Positions 1 through 10,847 are shown, numbered from the stretch's first letter. The stretch: 64,000 nt of DNA from Candidatus Moanibacter sp. (GCA_965215885.1 CBDCEW010000095.1:1-64000), one strand, 5' to 3'. Made by a program: numbers and translations. Notes: a model not told the origin generated them from the sequence alone.

Positions 1-906
1 TTCCCATTTTCCTATTCTCGGCTCAATCCCTCCTTTTGCTATCAACAGCATCGATTTCTCCCTCTTGGGAAACGACCGCTGTAGCATGCGATAGAAATGT
101 TGCCAATTTGCCGAGGCCCGCATCAGTCCAATCAGCGCGTAGATGTGATTTTCCAGAGCCTGGTGTCCGATATCACGCATCACCCATGGCTCTTTTGTGT
201 TTCTCCGCCGGCCCCGCGAATTCTTCGGAGTCTCCTTAAGAAGCTCCATCAATACTCCCGGCGCCAACCTTTCAAACACCAGATCGTTCGTGTATTTTCC
301 CAGAGTTGAGGGGCGTTTTATTACCATGCCTTTCCAGATCCAACCCCTCAGACGAAACATCTCTTTGAAGAACTCATCCGGTATCCGACGCGCCCATACC
401 ATCAATTCACCGGGAACCAACTCTCTCAACAATTCCCGCAACGCCAGGCGTTCCCTCACCTCCGCAAATCCAGTCGCTTCATCCACCCGGTTGATGATAT
501 CTCCATTCCCCAGCGCCATCATTACCAGATCGCATTCCGTCGCTGTTCGGATTTGGCTCTCGTTCAAGGCCCCCGCCTCCCGGGCTCTTATGAATGTCTT
601 GCACACTCCCGGCAACAAATCGGCCGCGAATCCTCTCATCCTTTTGCCTCCCGCTTTACGATATTCGACGGGCGCAAAACCGTCTCTCAGTCTTACATCG
701 AGATAGGGTTTCAGATTGGCGGCCGAGAGAAATTTCGGTGCTGTGCCCCCGTTATGGTTGCGGCCGCGCCATCTCCGCCCCAGTACCCTCAGGAAACCGG
801 CTCCCGATAGGACTCGCGAACCGTCCTCCAGCACCGCGCAGAGGACGCCTCGGCCTCCTATCTCTATCCGGCCCTCATGAGTTGCTCTTGGGATTGCTTC
901 TTTCAT
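1..906 (-). CDS. P63C domain-containing protein (runs off window start)
   Basis: Not in ORF track. Manual translation from ATG 906: MKEAIPRATHEGRIEIGG..CAVLEDGSRVLS..FLSAANLKPY..DEATG..PDEFFKEMFRLRGW..KRP..GKYTNDLVFERLAPGVL..DIGH.AL..LMRAS; open to position 1. Confidence 0.85.
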   Translation of the reverse strand, partial: MKEAIPRATHEGRIEIGGRGVLCAVLEDGSRVLSGAGFLRVLGRRWRGRNHNGGTAPKFLSAANLKPYLDVRLRDGFAPVEYRKAGGKRMRGFAADLLPGVCKTFIRAREAGALNESQIRTATECDLVMMALGNGDIINRVDEATGFAEVRERLALRELLRELVPGELMVWARRIPDEFFKEMFRLRGWIWKGMVIKRPSTLGKYTNDLVFERLAPGVLMELLKETPKNSRGRRRNTKEPWVMRDIGHQALENHIYALIGLMRASANWQHFYRMLQRSFPKREKSMLLIAKGGIEPRIGKWE

Positions 907-975
907 AAATAGGTTCTTTTCTAATTAACTCCTTTTCTAAGACAGCCTTCGGCCGCAACCAAACCGGAAGGCTGA

Positions 976-1401
976 TTAAATTCCCTTCTCCAAGGAACCC
1001 GAGCCCTCCTCGATTCCCGCTATTATGCCACGCAGAAAATCCGGGTCTTCAGCCATGGATTTGCGTATCTTCGCTCCCATATGCCAGGCCGTGTTCTTGT
1101 TTACCCGCACTTCCCGCGCTAAAGCCCTTGCCGATAGGGTCTTCTCCCCATCCGAAATCAAAGTTATTGCCAAGAACCACTTCTGCAAATCCACCTTCGT
1201 CTTGTGAAATATCGTCCCTACCGTCACCGAAAACGTCGTGTTGCAATTGTTACAGTGGTGCCTCCCCTCTTTCGGCACGGAAGTACAGTTTCGCGACCCG
1301 CAGTAAGGACAATGTGAGTTCCGCCCCCAACGAATTCTCTCCAGGTACTGGATGCACATTCTATGCGTGGGGAGACTTCGATATATCTCCTCCAAACCCA
1401 T
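976..1401 (-). pseudogene. Truncated IS1595-family transposase (Zn-ribbon and HTH only)
   Basis: LERIRW..CPYCGS..HHCNNCNTTFSVTVGTIFHKTKVDLQKWFLAI..SARALAR; stops where the DDE domain should begin. Confidence 0.85.
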
Positions 1402-1569
1402 TTGTCGCTACCGATATATGGGACGATAATGCATTGTCAATAGGATTGTTTACTACCTGTATGGCATACTTTGTTAAAAAAGCGTAAACCCTGTTTTCCT
1501 TCTAGCGCCTGTTCAATTGTCCTTGATAGCGGCCGACTTATGTGCTAATCTCTCCGTTTCAAATTCGCC

Positions 1570-3066
1570 ATGAAGAACCAATTATTGTTAACGCTGTTGA
1601 TCATCCTTACAGCGCTACAGGCACCAACTCTCGGTGAAGATGTCAACCTGAGGGAACTGGTTGCTCTGGATGAATCTGTCCTGCGTTTGATGCCGAAAAA
1701 CCTGGCCCGGTGGCACATGGCAGCGAGTCTTATTCTGGTCGACGAAAAGGGGAGGTACAGGCCTCTCTCAATCAATGAGGCGCGGGATGTTTCCGCGGCG
1801 GCCTTTCTCCATGACGACGAGACACTCACTTACCGATTGGAGAGCGGACCCTACTCTATAATCTTGGATCTGGGCGATTTCTATCCCCTCGATCGCTTTT
1901 TCTTTTTGAGCCTCGAAGCCATCGGCACCCTTGATGTCGCGGTCTCAACAACACTCCGACCGCTCTCCAGCAACCGATGGAATAAGGTGGTTGATGGCGC
2001 GGAATACGCCAGCGAGGCGGCCAATAATTACACCTTTCCGATTGCGGAGGCACGCTATGTTCTCCTTCAATTCCAAACCGAAAAACCGGGTGATATTGGC
2101 TTCCTCGGCGTTTACGGGCAGACTTCCATCGCTGAAACTGAATTTCAGAGGGAAAAAGCCGAAAGTGCCGTTGCCGCAGCGGAAGAAGGTGAGACCATCG
2201 GCTACGATTACGCCTCCCTCTATACCGGCTGTGAGATCACCCACATCAGTTCAGGCGACTTCATTTCCGCGAACGTCATGATTGATGACGATTTCCTGAC
2301 ATACTACGAGTTCTCGCCCGATGAGCCGGAAGCGATCCTCCTTCTCGACATCAAGGAATCCTCGCGGCTGAATAAACTGTCCATGCTTTTCGACTCCGAT
2401 CCCGCGACCCTCGAGTTTTACATCGTCAACGACTTGGAAGAACTCTTTGCCGGGGAGGTACCCGAGTTCGCCTCTAACGACCGATCCGGAAAAATCAGGG
2501 TTCGCCAATTGACCGCAGCGGCGGGGCCTTTCCGCGCCGTCATGGCTGCGAATCTGGAAGCGAATACGCGAATCGTCACTCTCGCGAGCGGCTTTTTCGA
2601 TGAGAGAGAACCGATCGTTACTCACGTCGCGGAGCAGAGGGTAGACCGTGTGCGCCTGCAATTTGAATTCGAAAACATCACCGGCCGCTACCTCCTTCTG
2701 CGATGGCGACCGAATCGTTCCATTGGTGGCGAGAAAGAGGAATTGGCCAGGGCCGAAGGTGGAGAGGGCACTGGCATCTCGGGCTCGGCCGATTCACTTG
2801 GTAGAGATATGACTCTCCTCGAAAGAAGACGCTTTATCTCCGCCGTCCGGGCCGCCGGCGGCGTCTTTCTCGATTTACCCTTCGGAGGAGGTCTCCGGAT
2901 CTACGATATCAGTCTCTCAGGCGATCTTCCTACCGATGCTGTTATCCTCGCTCGTCTTCTTGGCCTTCAATTCGGTCCTCCTCCTACCGAGTCCGACGAA
3001 TTACCGTTCACTTTCACAACCGGCACCAGCACCACCGCCCCCCAGGTTCCTGTCACCAGCTTCTAG
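1570..3066 (+). CDS. Secreted hypothetical protein with two discoidin/F5-8C-like modules
   Basis: N-terminal signal peptide; repeated motifs T.Y..IILDL..ARYVLLQF and T.Y..LLLDI..GRYLLLRW; Pro/Thr-rich tail. Confidence 0.6.
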   Translation: MKNQLLLTLLIILTALQAPTLGEDVNLRELVALDESVLRLMPKNLARWHMAASLILVDEKGRYRPLSINEARDVSAAAFLHDDETLTYRLESGPYSIILDLGDFYPLDRFFFLSLEAIGTLDVAVSTTLRPLSSNRWNKVVDGAEYASEAANNYTFPIAEARYVLLQFQTEKPGDIGFLGVYGQTSIAETEFQREKAESAVAAAEEGETIGYDYASLYTGCEITHISSGDFISANVMIDDDFLTYYEFSPDEPEAILLLDIKESSRLNKLSMLFDSDPATLEFYIVNDLEELFAGEVPEFASNDRSGKIRVRQLTAAAGPFRAVMAANLEANTRIVTLASGFFDEREPIVTHVAEQRVDRVRLQFEFENITGRYLLLRWRPNRSIGGEKEELARAEGGEGTGISGSADSLGRDMTLLERRRFISAVRAAGGVFLDLPFGGGLRIYDISLSGDLPTDAVILARLLGLQFGPPPTESDELPFTFTTGTSTTAPQVPVTSF

Positions 3067-3272
3067 GCCGCTTTTCTCACTAACCCTTCGAAACCTCTCG
3101 AGCAACCAAATCTCTCGGCCGAATCCAAGGGTCTTGCCGGCAACGAAAAGCGGCCTAAGCGCTCTTCTGCGAAGAGGGACAGAGCAGTGTCTCAATCGAA
3201 TCGAGCGAAATCTCTCCCCAACTCACTTTCCTCTCCCCCATCCCCATTCGTTGCCCTTCATTCATTCGTTGC

Positions 3273-4958
3273 TCACTCTCCCAGTACGGCCTCCAAGAGC
3301 TCCTGCTCCTCCGGCAAGAGAATGCCCTCACTCAAACCTTTAACGATCCTCACAGCTTCATCATCGTGCCCACTCGCCTTAAGGATCGTTCCGAGAATGA
3401 TTCGCCACTGCCCTCTCACCTTCGACCAGTCGACATTCAACCCCTCTAGCAGACTCAGCGCTCTCGGTGCATCTCCTGACCGGAGATATCCCAAGGCAAG
3501 GGTGATGCGATGCGCCAAATAGAGGGGATTCTCATTTACAATAGCTTCCGCTTCTCGAACAGACTCCTCTACATCCTCGTTGAGAAGAAAGTTAAGATAA
3601 GCGAGATCGTTCTTCACCGCGCTTTCATCGGGATAGATCTCGACCATCCGCCTCAAGACATCGCGAACCGCAACGGTATTGCCGGCCGTCTGCTCCAACT
3701 TGAGAAGCGACTCGAAGGCCCTTCGCATACTGTTAGTTTGGTTCGTTAACTTTTCCAGCACCAGCCGAGTATAATCACTAAGGTTCAAACGGCTCGCGTA
3801 TTCCACCAGCGACCATAGCACCTGCGTGTCTCCCGCCGTCGCCAGAATTGCCTTTTCCCATTCGATATCGGCACGCCTGGTCTGGTTGGTCGCTCGATAA
3901 GCGCGCATCCTGAACAGATGAACCAGGGAGGATTCGATTGGTATATTCGGCCGGTTCAGGATCACACTGATTTCCTCCCAATGATTCAACACCGCCAGGG
4001 CGTCCATCCTCACCAGAAAGAGATCCTTGCGACTCCGCGCCCGCTCCTCATCGATCACGGCCAATGTCTGCTCCTGGAGACGGTGTTGATTGAGCCACCG
4101 CCCCAATTTCAGCAGATTTTCATCCTCTATGGGATTCAGAAGGGTTTTCGCTTCTTCCAGAGCCTCCTCCGCGGTGATATCGCGAAGTTCCAACCTGAGT
4201 TCAAGAATGAGCAGGCTTTCCTCCCCTCCCGACTCCGGGTGAAACGCCAGGCGCTGCATAAGCTCCCGTATTCCCTGTGGATTCTTTCCCGGATAGCGAG
4301 CCAGATTCTTCAATGCTGTCAGGCCTATTGCGTCCCTCCGTTCACCCAGGGTCCAAAGGTAATCGATACCCAAACGCTTATCCGCCGGATCCGGTGAAAG
4401 CTGGGTGAGTTGCACATAAAAAAGGTGCGCCTCATCCGGAATCTCTTCTAAATCAAGGAGCCGCCTCGCCTCCCCCACAGCTTCTTCGATCCGATTCTCT
4501 CGCATCAAATACCGCGATTTTGCCAGAATAAATTCCGCATCGTTCGGAATCCGCCCTTCCAATTCCGCAAGATGCTCGCGAACGGATTCGAGTTTACCTA
4601 CCTGGATCGCAATCTTGACCAGTCCCAGGCGGTCCTCGTTCACCCCGCCCGAAATCTCAACAGCCGCTTCCCAGAACGGCAACGCCCTTCCCGGATCGGA
4701 TACCGAAAGCACTTTGGCCAACGCCCTCGTTACTTTGAGATTCCCCGGTGCCAGATTATGGGCCGCCCGCGCCTTCTCCCAAGCTTCCTCCTGGGTGGAG
4801 GAATCTTCCAGAAGCTCCAAAGCCGATTCCGCCAGATTCTCCGCCCGCCATACCTTCACCTGGCGATACACCGGCCGCGCCAGATACGCCGCTCCGACCA
4901 CTCCCACCACAGCCAAAAGCAGCAGCCAGCCAACCCGCCTCCTGTTAAATCGTTCCAT
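3273..4958 (-). CDS. Tetratricopeptide-repeat protein with N-terminal membrane anchor
   Basis: 561 aa all-helical; TPR-like segments such as YPDESAVKNDLAYL and TLALGYLRSGDAPRAL. Confidence 0.8.
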   Translation of the reverse strand: MERFNRRRVGWLLLLAVVGVVGAAYLARPVYRQVKVWRAENLAESALELLEDSSTQEEAWEKARAAHNLAPGNLKVTRALAKVLSVSDPGRALPFWEAAVEISGGVNEDRLGLVKIAIQVGKLESVREHLAELEGRIPNDAEFILAKSRYLMRENRIEEAVGEARRLLDLEEIPDEAHLFYVQLTQLSPDPADKRLGIDYLWTLGERRDAIGLTALKNLARYPGKNPQGIRELMQRLAFHPESGGEESLLILELRLELRDITAEEALEEAKTLLNPIEDENLLKLGRWLNQHRLQEQTLAVIDEERARSRKDLFLVRMDALAVLNHWEEISVILNRPNIPIESSLVHLFRMRAYRATNQTRRADIEWEKAILATAGDTQVLWSLVEYASRLNLSDYTRLVLEKLTNQTNSMRRAFESLLKLEQTAGNTVAVRDVLRRMVEIYPDESAVKNDLAYLNFLLNEDVEESVREAEAIVNENPLYLAHRITLALGYLRSGDAPRALSLLEGLNVDWSKVRGQWRIILGTILKASGHDDEAVRIVKGLSEGILLPEEQELLEAVLGE

Positions 4959-5339
4959 TTACCATAGTGTTTTTACCGGATATCGCTGAATCATCTCATC
5001 CGCGGTCACTAATACGTGCTGACCGTAAATCGCCTCCGCCACCAGTATACGGTCAAAAGGATCCCGGTGAATCATCGGCAGGCGCTCCAGCATATAAATC
5101 GCACCGTTACTTACGGGAAGGAAATCAAATCCAACTTTCACACAGTTCCGTTCGATTTCCTCAACGGATACTTCCAGCCGGATCTTTCCCAGGGTCCGCT
5201 TAATTTGGATCTCCCACAGCGAGGCCTGATAGTAAGCAATCTCCTCGCTAGCATTTTCAATCCGTTCCGCGGCGGCACGGGATAGGCGACTAGGATCACT
5301 CAGGCTCCAAATCAGCACACAGGTATCTAACAGATACAC
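4959..5339 (-). CDS. vapC: PIN-domain toxin (VapC family)
   Basis: YLLDTCVLIW..SLWEIQIK..LP.IHRDPFDRILVA.A motifs. Confidence 0.92.
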   Translation of the reverse strand: MYLLDTCVLIWSLSDPSRLSRAAAERIENASEEIAYYQASLWEIQIKRTLGKIRLEVSVEEIERNCVKVGFDFLPVSNGAIYMLERLPMIHRDPFDRILVAEAIYGQHVLVTADEMIQRYPVKTLW

Positions 5340-5380
5340 AACCTACCCCATTTTTTCAAAAATACGAGAAGTGATGGGGT

Positions 5381-5623
5381 TTAGTCCCCATAAAAACTAT
5401 TGTTTATCTCCTCGTCTTCCGCATCAAATTCAGGGGACATCCATACCTTTCCCTCCAGCCTTCCTAAATCCCGCTTCTTCCCACTAATATCCGCCTCCGT
5501 CACCGGCCCGATCACGCAAACCGGCTTCGTATGTTTCGTCACCACGATCCGCTCACCCTCCTCCGCTAACTTTGAATACTCCGAAAATCTTGCCTTCGCA
5601 TCCGATAATTTGATTATAGTCAT
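5381..5623 (-). CDS. Phd/YefM-family antitoxin
   Basis: IKLSDAKARFS..GERIVVTKH.KPV; directly upstream of the PIN toxin. Confidence 0.9.
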   Translation of the reverse strand: MTIIKLSDAKARFSEYSKLAEEGERIVVTKHTKPVCVIGPVTEADISGKKRDLGRLEGKVWMSPEFDAEDEEINNSFYGD

Positions 5624-5806
5624 AAGTTTATTTAAATAGTTATTTTATAATAGTCAATTATTAATTTTTTAAACTATATTAACATTGCTAGAATTTCCGA
5701 GTTTTCCTCCGCCCAGCCAACTCTCATTCGCGATATATCCCCGCGCTCGTCACGGCGAAGTGAGCAAGGCGTAACGGAGACGGATCCCCTCCTCTCCCCA
5801 CCCCAC

Positions 5807-5828
5807 AAAAAAACCGCCCTGACGGCGG
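5807..5828 (-). terminator. Intrinsic terminator ending the glycan operon
   Basis: Minus strand CCGCC-GTCAG-GGCGG followed by 7 T. Confidence 0.55.
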
Positions 5829-6035
5829 CCTTTTCAAGAATTGTCTCTTTCCCTTCACCCTTCATCCTTTTCCCCTCCCTCTGCCCATCCAAGCACTCGT
5901 CACGGCCAAGTGTGCGAAGTCCCGTTCAGCGGGAAAAGACGGATCCCCGTTTCCCTCAACAACCGAAAACATCTCGCATCCCGTATCTCGCATCCCCCAT
6001 CTCGTATCACACCTTCATCCTTTATCCTTTATCCT

Positions 6036-6878
6036 TCATCCCTGTTTCGCTCCTCCACATTTTCGTTTTCTGAATTTGGCTCTCCGCCTTTGCATCTCAA
6101 TCTGAATCATTCTCTCGTACCGAGCCATGTTTCGGCAATACGTGTATCCCGCACGGCCCTCGAGCAACCCCATCCTCACCAGATAGGAGAACACAAATCT
6201 CATCACCGGCCATCCCGGAATTCGACTCACCAACAGGCGAAGGGCGACATTCCTGCGCGAGCCGTCTTTTGAAGTTAGACTACACAAGCCCGCGCCTCCG
6301 CGCAACCGGACTTCCGCTTCCTGCACAACATATCGCTTATGCCGCTCCCACCACTCCTTCCAACCCTTGCAGAACGCGAAATGCAGATAAGGCTCCTTAA
6401 TATATCCCAACACACCATCGATCACGCCTTCCTTTTGCCCGTGCCCGAAATCAATGAACCGCGCGCGGTTATTGATAACGAGGCGGAGCTGCCATTTCGG
6501 AAAATTATCGCTGCGCTTCAGCCATACTCCGTCGAGCATAAGCTTCCAGCAACAGTAGAAACCGGCGATCTCTTCGCTCGCCGCTTTGACCGCCCTACAC
6601 ACCGCAATCTCGAAGTCGCTTGTTGCCCGCTCGTCCGCGTCCAGAAAAAGCACCCATTTCGACTCAAAGGGAAGATTATCCAAGGCCCAGTTGCGCTGCC
6701 GGGCAAAGGATTCAAATGGATTCTCCCGCACCACGGCTCCTTCCTGGCGGGCGATCTCGGTAGTTTCGTCGCTACTGCCGGAATCGACGACATATACTCG
6801 CTTGGCCCAGCCCAAAGATCGGAGACAATCCCTCAGGTGCAAGGCTTCATTGAGGGTCAAAATTACGACGTCAATCAC
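6036..6878 (-). CDS. Glycosyltransferase family 2
   Basis: ILTLNEA..VVDSGSSDET..QRNWAL..WVLFLDADE. Confidence 0.92.
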   Translation of the reverse strand: MIDVVILTLNEALHLRDCLRSLGWAKRVYVVDSGSSDETTEIARQEGAVVRENPFESFARQRNWALDNLPFESKWVLFLDADERATSDFEIAVCRAVKAASEEIAGFYCCWKLMLDGVWLKRSDNFPKWQLRLVINNRARFIDFGHGQKEGVIDGVLGYIKEPYLHFAFCKGWKEWWERHKRYVVQEAEVRLRGGAGLCSLTSKDGSRRNVALRLLVSRIPGWPVMRFVFSYLVRMGLLEGRAGYTYCRNMARYERMIQIEMQRRRAKFRKRKCGGAKQG

Positions 6879-6911
6879 ACCTCATGATGCCTCCGATGGC
6901 ACACCGCACCT

Positions 6912-6996
6912 TCACAAAAGCGCCTTTACCGGATATCGCTGAATCAACTCATCCGCGCTCACTAACACGTGCCGACCGTAAATCGCCTCCGCCACC
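6912..6996 (-). pseudogene. Diverged remnant of the vapC 3' end
   Basis: Encodes VAEAIYGRHVLVSADELIQRYPVKALL* versus VAEAIYGQHVLVTADEMIQRYPVKTLW* in vapC. Confidence 0.85.
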
Positions 6997-6998
6997 TC

Positions 6999-7628
6999 TC
7001 AATAGGAGAAAATCGCGGTATTCGTTACCCCGATTCGGCAAGGCCCCACTGATTCAAAGACCTCCACATTCTTGGCTCTGTTTCTCAAGAGCAGGTCTGA
7101 GTAACGCCAAAAGTCATCAACTACGATATACTGGTTTTTTCTGACAAATCTCTCAGCATGGTAAAAACATGTGCGTCTCTCCCGAAATGTGTGGTCTTGT
7201 CCGTCTATCACAATAATATCTCGAGCAGAATCGTTCAAAGCGTGCAAGTAGGATGAATTCTCAAAGCCAGCGGGATCCGAGAAATCGAAAGGTCTATAGA
7301 GAATTTCCACATTGTCCATCGTGGACTCATCGAGCTTTTCCTGAACACGCTCAAGCCACCGAACATCATCTTCTACACTTGTAACCGAAACAACCTTCTT
7401 GGCGAAGAAGAGCGTCGAGCCGCCTGTTCCCTATTCAAATACCTCCATATCATTCCGAACCAGAGACTCAATCTTCCTTATGGCTGAATATGACCACCAA
7501 GGCAATTCCAGCTCTAGCGGGGTCAATTTCCAATTCCAACAGCTACGCAAATACGGCCATAGGTAGCGAGGGTGACGCGCCAGATTTCCCGCCAGTTTTA
7601 TCAGCCTCTGTCTGCTAGTCAGATTCAT
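6999..7628 (-). pseudogene. Class I SAM methyltransferase with in-frame amber stop at 7431-7433
   Basis: The two ORFs are in the same frame; VFE*GTGGSTLFF is the SAM-binding motif; IIVIDG lies downstream. Confidence 0.8.
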
Positions 7629-7631
7629 TTT

Positions 7632-8177
7632 CTAAATAGGTTTTGCCGGGTTCCCTGCCACAACAACAGCATCTTCAACATCTTTCGTGACGACGGAACA
7701 TGCTCCGACAATGGCCTTAACTCCAATCGTCACACCAGGCATGACAAATGCGCGCGCGCCAATAAATGCATCTTCTCCGATAGCGATTTTGGCAGTCTTC
7801 AGGGGTAGCGACTTCCGTGTGAAGTCATGCGTACCTGAACAGAGATACGCTTCCTGCGCCACCGTCGCGCGTCTTCCGATCTCAATCGGACCCAGACTAT
7901 AGGCGTTTGCCCGATCACCCAGGCAGGCGCGATCGTGAAGAGTCAGGTTCCAGGGAATTTGAATTCGCGCCCTTTGATGCACAAAGGGCCTGCCCTCTAT
8001 CGTCGCGCCAAAAATCCGTAGCCAGAAAATCCGCCAGGTATTGAAAGGTTTTGGTGTCCAGGCACAAAAGAGGGTCCAGCAGGCCTCCCAAAGGAAAATA
8101 AGCATTCGCGCTCGCCCCGTCCACGGGCTCTCGAAGGCGGTTCTTTGCGGGCGTGGCATCGATCGGGGTTCTTCCAT
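7632..8177 (-). CDS. WcaF-like polysaccharide O-acetyltransferase
   Basis: PWNLTL..LCSGTHDF..hexapeptide repeats..AGNPA. Confidence 0.88.
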   Translation of the reverse strand: MEEPRSMPRPQRTAFESPWTGRARMLIFLWEACWTLFCAWTPKPFNTWRIFWLRIFGATIEGRPFVHQRARIQIPWNLTLHDRACLGDRANAYSLGPIEIGRRATVAQEAYLCSGTHDFTRKSLPLKTAKIAIGEDAFIGARAFVMPGVTIGVKAIVGACSVVTKDVEDAVVVAGNPAKPI

Positions 8178-9313
8178 TACTGCTTCAGCAAGGAATGAAA
8201 ATCATCCAGATAGCGCACAGAGATTTTTTCAAGAGCATATTCTTTGGCGGTACTCTGCGCACTATTCGCCATACGTCTTAATCGTCCCTTCGACCCGATC
8301 AGCGGTTTCAGTTTCTCTGCCAGAGTACCAGCCGCGTTCCCTCCTCGATGATCAAACACGAAACCGTTTTCATTTTCCCGGACAAAATCGCGAAAGCAAT
8401 CAAGTCCGGACACGAGCGGCACGCAACCGAAACTCATCGCTTCGAGGACGGACAGGCCAAAGGTTTCACCTTTTTCAGCGAGGGAAGGATATATGAAGAG
8501 ATCGGCACTCCGGTAGATTTGGCCGAGTTCATCACGATCATAAATCGGTCCCATCATTTCGACCGAGCACCGCAATTTCTTCCGCAGGTCTTCCAGTGTC
8601 TCAAAGTATTCCCTTCCACCTCCACCCTGAGATATCTCCCAAGGACCGACAACAACCAGCGCGAGCTTTTCCTGATCGACAGCTTCCAAACGTGCGATGG
8701 CCTCGAATATCAAATGGATTCCCTTTTCCGGATGTATACGGCCCACATAAAGCAAGCGAAACGGGCCCTTCCTTCGTGAGGGGTCACCATCTATCTTTTC
8801 ACCGTTAACATCTGGCGGGATTGGATACGGTATTACTATTATCTTCTCTGCATGGGCCGGAATCTGACACTCCATTTCCTCAGCAATGGGTCGTGAAACG
8901 GTCTGTAACCGGTCCGCGTGCCGGTAAAGAAACATCTGTCCTTTGGGGTACCGAGCGACGTGTATGTAGAGCTTTCCGTATCGCTTGTTTCTAACCAGTA
9001 CCGGCAACCAGAAGGTATTGGTGACGAGGATATCAGCATCCGGGAGCCGCCGCCGCGCGCGGATTGAATACATCAGGTCGAGAAATTTCAGTATGAGGAT
9101 TGATCTCGGAGTATCATAGCCACGACAGCGAACATGGGTTACCCCCTCGATGGTCTCGGAAGCAGGAAGTTCTCCATAACATCTCGAGATATGGGTTACC
9201 AGGTGTCCCGACTTAACAAACTCCCGGCCCAGATCGTACCAAACCTTCTCAACCGCACCGCCCAAGAGTGGCGGAACCGGGAGAAACGCGCCCTGAACAA
9301 TAGTTATTTTCAA
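8177..9313 (-). CDS. Glycosyltransferase family 4
   Basis: GGAVEK, YVGRIHPEKG, ETFGLSVLEAM. Confidence 0.92.
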   Translation of the reverse strand: MKITIVQGAFLPVPPLLGGAVEKVWYDLGREFVKSGHLVTHISRCYGELPASETIEGVTHVRCRGYDTPRSILILKFLDLMYSIRARRRLPDADILVTNTFWLPVLVRNKRYGKLYIHVARYPKGQMFLYRHADRLQTVSRPIAEEMECQIPAHAEKIIVIPYPIPPDVNGEKIDGDPSRRKGPFRLLYVGRIHPEKGIHLIFEAIARLEAVDQEKLALVVVGPWEISQGGGGREYFETLEDLRKKLRCSVEMMGPIYDRDELGQIYRSADLFIYPSLAEKGETFGLSVLEAMSFGCVPLVSGLDCFRDFVRENENGFVFDHRGGNAAGTLAEKLKPLIGSKGRLRRMANSAQSTAKEYALEKISVRYLDDFHSLLKQ

Positions 9314-9632
9314 TTTGGAATTTTGGGTTTCTCAACCGCACCCACGGTTCACCGTATCCTCGCCCGCGCTACGCCCAGATGGCCCATGCTTCGCCCAGGT
9401 CGCTTCGCAGGGCTTGGGCTTCGCAGGGCAGGTTTTTCCGCTTTCCAATTTGGTTGCTTGGTTTGCCGCGCAATCCTCCGTTCCGTTCACCTCGTAAACC
9501 TGCCGTCGGCTGGCTTTCCCACTTTTCAATTCCCCTCGTCCTCTCTTGGCGTTCCTTGCGTTCTCTTGCGGCTAATCCACTCGTCCACTGTTTGCGCGTT
9601 TTGCGGCTATCTTCCGCTCCCCCTTCCCCGCA

Positions 9633-10847
9633 TTACCCCATCTCCGCATTCCCAATGGACCCCTCGATGACCTGAATCAGGCTTTCCGCTGCCTTTTCGA
9701 TGTGGAAGTGATTCTTAAAGCATTCACCCGCACACTTCCCCATACTCGCCTTCTCGCCTTCCCCCATAGCAATCCACTTTTCAATCAGTCGCTCTGTGCC
9801 CTTCAGAGTGTCGTCATCCACAATACCCGCTCGATCGGCTTTGATCTCCCGCCAAATGTTCACCTTGTTCGAAATCAACACCGACTTTTCACAGGCCAAC
9901 GCCTCCGCCACCGCTATCCCGAAATTCTCCTGGTGCGAAGGCAGAATGAAGGCATCACAGGCATAAAACGCCCCCCACTTGACGTCGCCCTCCAGCATCC
10001 CGGTCCACAATACCGATGACGGAGGGCACAGGTCGCTCGCCAACCTTCGAAGCCTCGTCATATATGCCGCATCTTTGCAGGGTCCGGCAATGACCAGGTG
10101 CGGACCCCTCGCATCGTCGCTCCTTCGCTTTTCCGCATGCGCGCTTTCCCGCATCCGCTCATTCACCCGACCGAATGCCTTCAGCAGCAAATCGATACCC
10201 TTCTTTTCATGTATTCGGCCAAGATAAAGGAGAATCCGCTTGTCCTGCGTTTCTGGAAAAGTCCGGTAGAAGAGATCCTTCTGCTTCTCAGATTCTCCCG
10301 CTGGCCTCGCAACTCCGTACCGAACTACCTGTTCCCGGCATCGATAAGGCCGGAATGAACTTCCCGCTCTCAGACGTTCCTCTTCACTAGTGAACAATAC
10401 CGCTTCAGCGTCCCGGAGCACTCGATACTCTGCCCAAGGCCAATAGAGCATCTTCTTGAGATGTTTCAGTGAGTAATTCTTCCTAAACCACGGATCCAAC
10501 ATCCCATGAGGATAAACGAAATAGGGCTTTCGCATGCGAGAAAGCTCCCTCCACGAACCAAAGCTGCTATACTGCCAGATACCGTGAATGATTACTGCAC
10601 TGAATTCCTTGAGATTCAGACGCAACCAGGAGTTGAGCTTTCTCGTGTAACCATAACTACCCCGAATCGGCCCTATCGCATGCAACGAAAATGGTTCACC
10701 GGTGACCCAATCAGCTTCTGATGAATCGAGCGTCAGAACGTACGTGGTAACTCCTAGCTCGCTCAGACAAGGCGTGATCTCCCGAATACCTGCCGCTGGT
10801 CCCCCACCGGCCGGGTCCATTGAATGTATAATCCGCAGTAGACGCAT
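9633..10847 (-). CDS. Glycosyltransferase family 4
   Basis: MRLLRIIHS start overlaps the upstream stop (TAATG); PHGMLDPW, LGRIHEKKG, ENFGIAVAEAL. Confidence 0.92.
   Translation of the reverse strand: MRLLRIIHSMDPAGGGPAAGIREITPCLSELGVTTYVLTLDSSEADWVTGEPFSLHAIGPIRGSYGYTRKLNSWLRLNLKEFSAVIIHGIWQYSSFGSWRELSRMRKPYFVYPHGMLDPWFRKNYSLKHLKKMLYWPWAEYRVLRDAEAVLFTSEEERLRAGSSFRPYRCREQVVRYGVARPAGESEKQKDLFYRTFPETQDKRILLYLGRIHEKKGIDLLLKAFGRVNERMRESAHAEKRRSDDARGPHLVIAGPCKDAAYMTRLRRLASDLCPPSSVLWTGMLEGDVKWGAFYACDAFILPSHQENFGIAVAEALACEKSVLISNKVNIWREIKADRAGIVDDDTLKGTERLIEKWIAMGEGEKASMGKCAGECFKNHFHIEKAAESLIQVIEGSIGNAEMG

Noticed and set aside
7431..7433. Amber readthrough or pyrrolysine recoding
   Set aside because: TAG ends many genes here and no pyl genes are present; a single nonsense change or sequencing error suffices.
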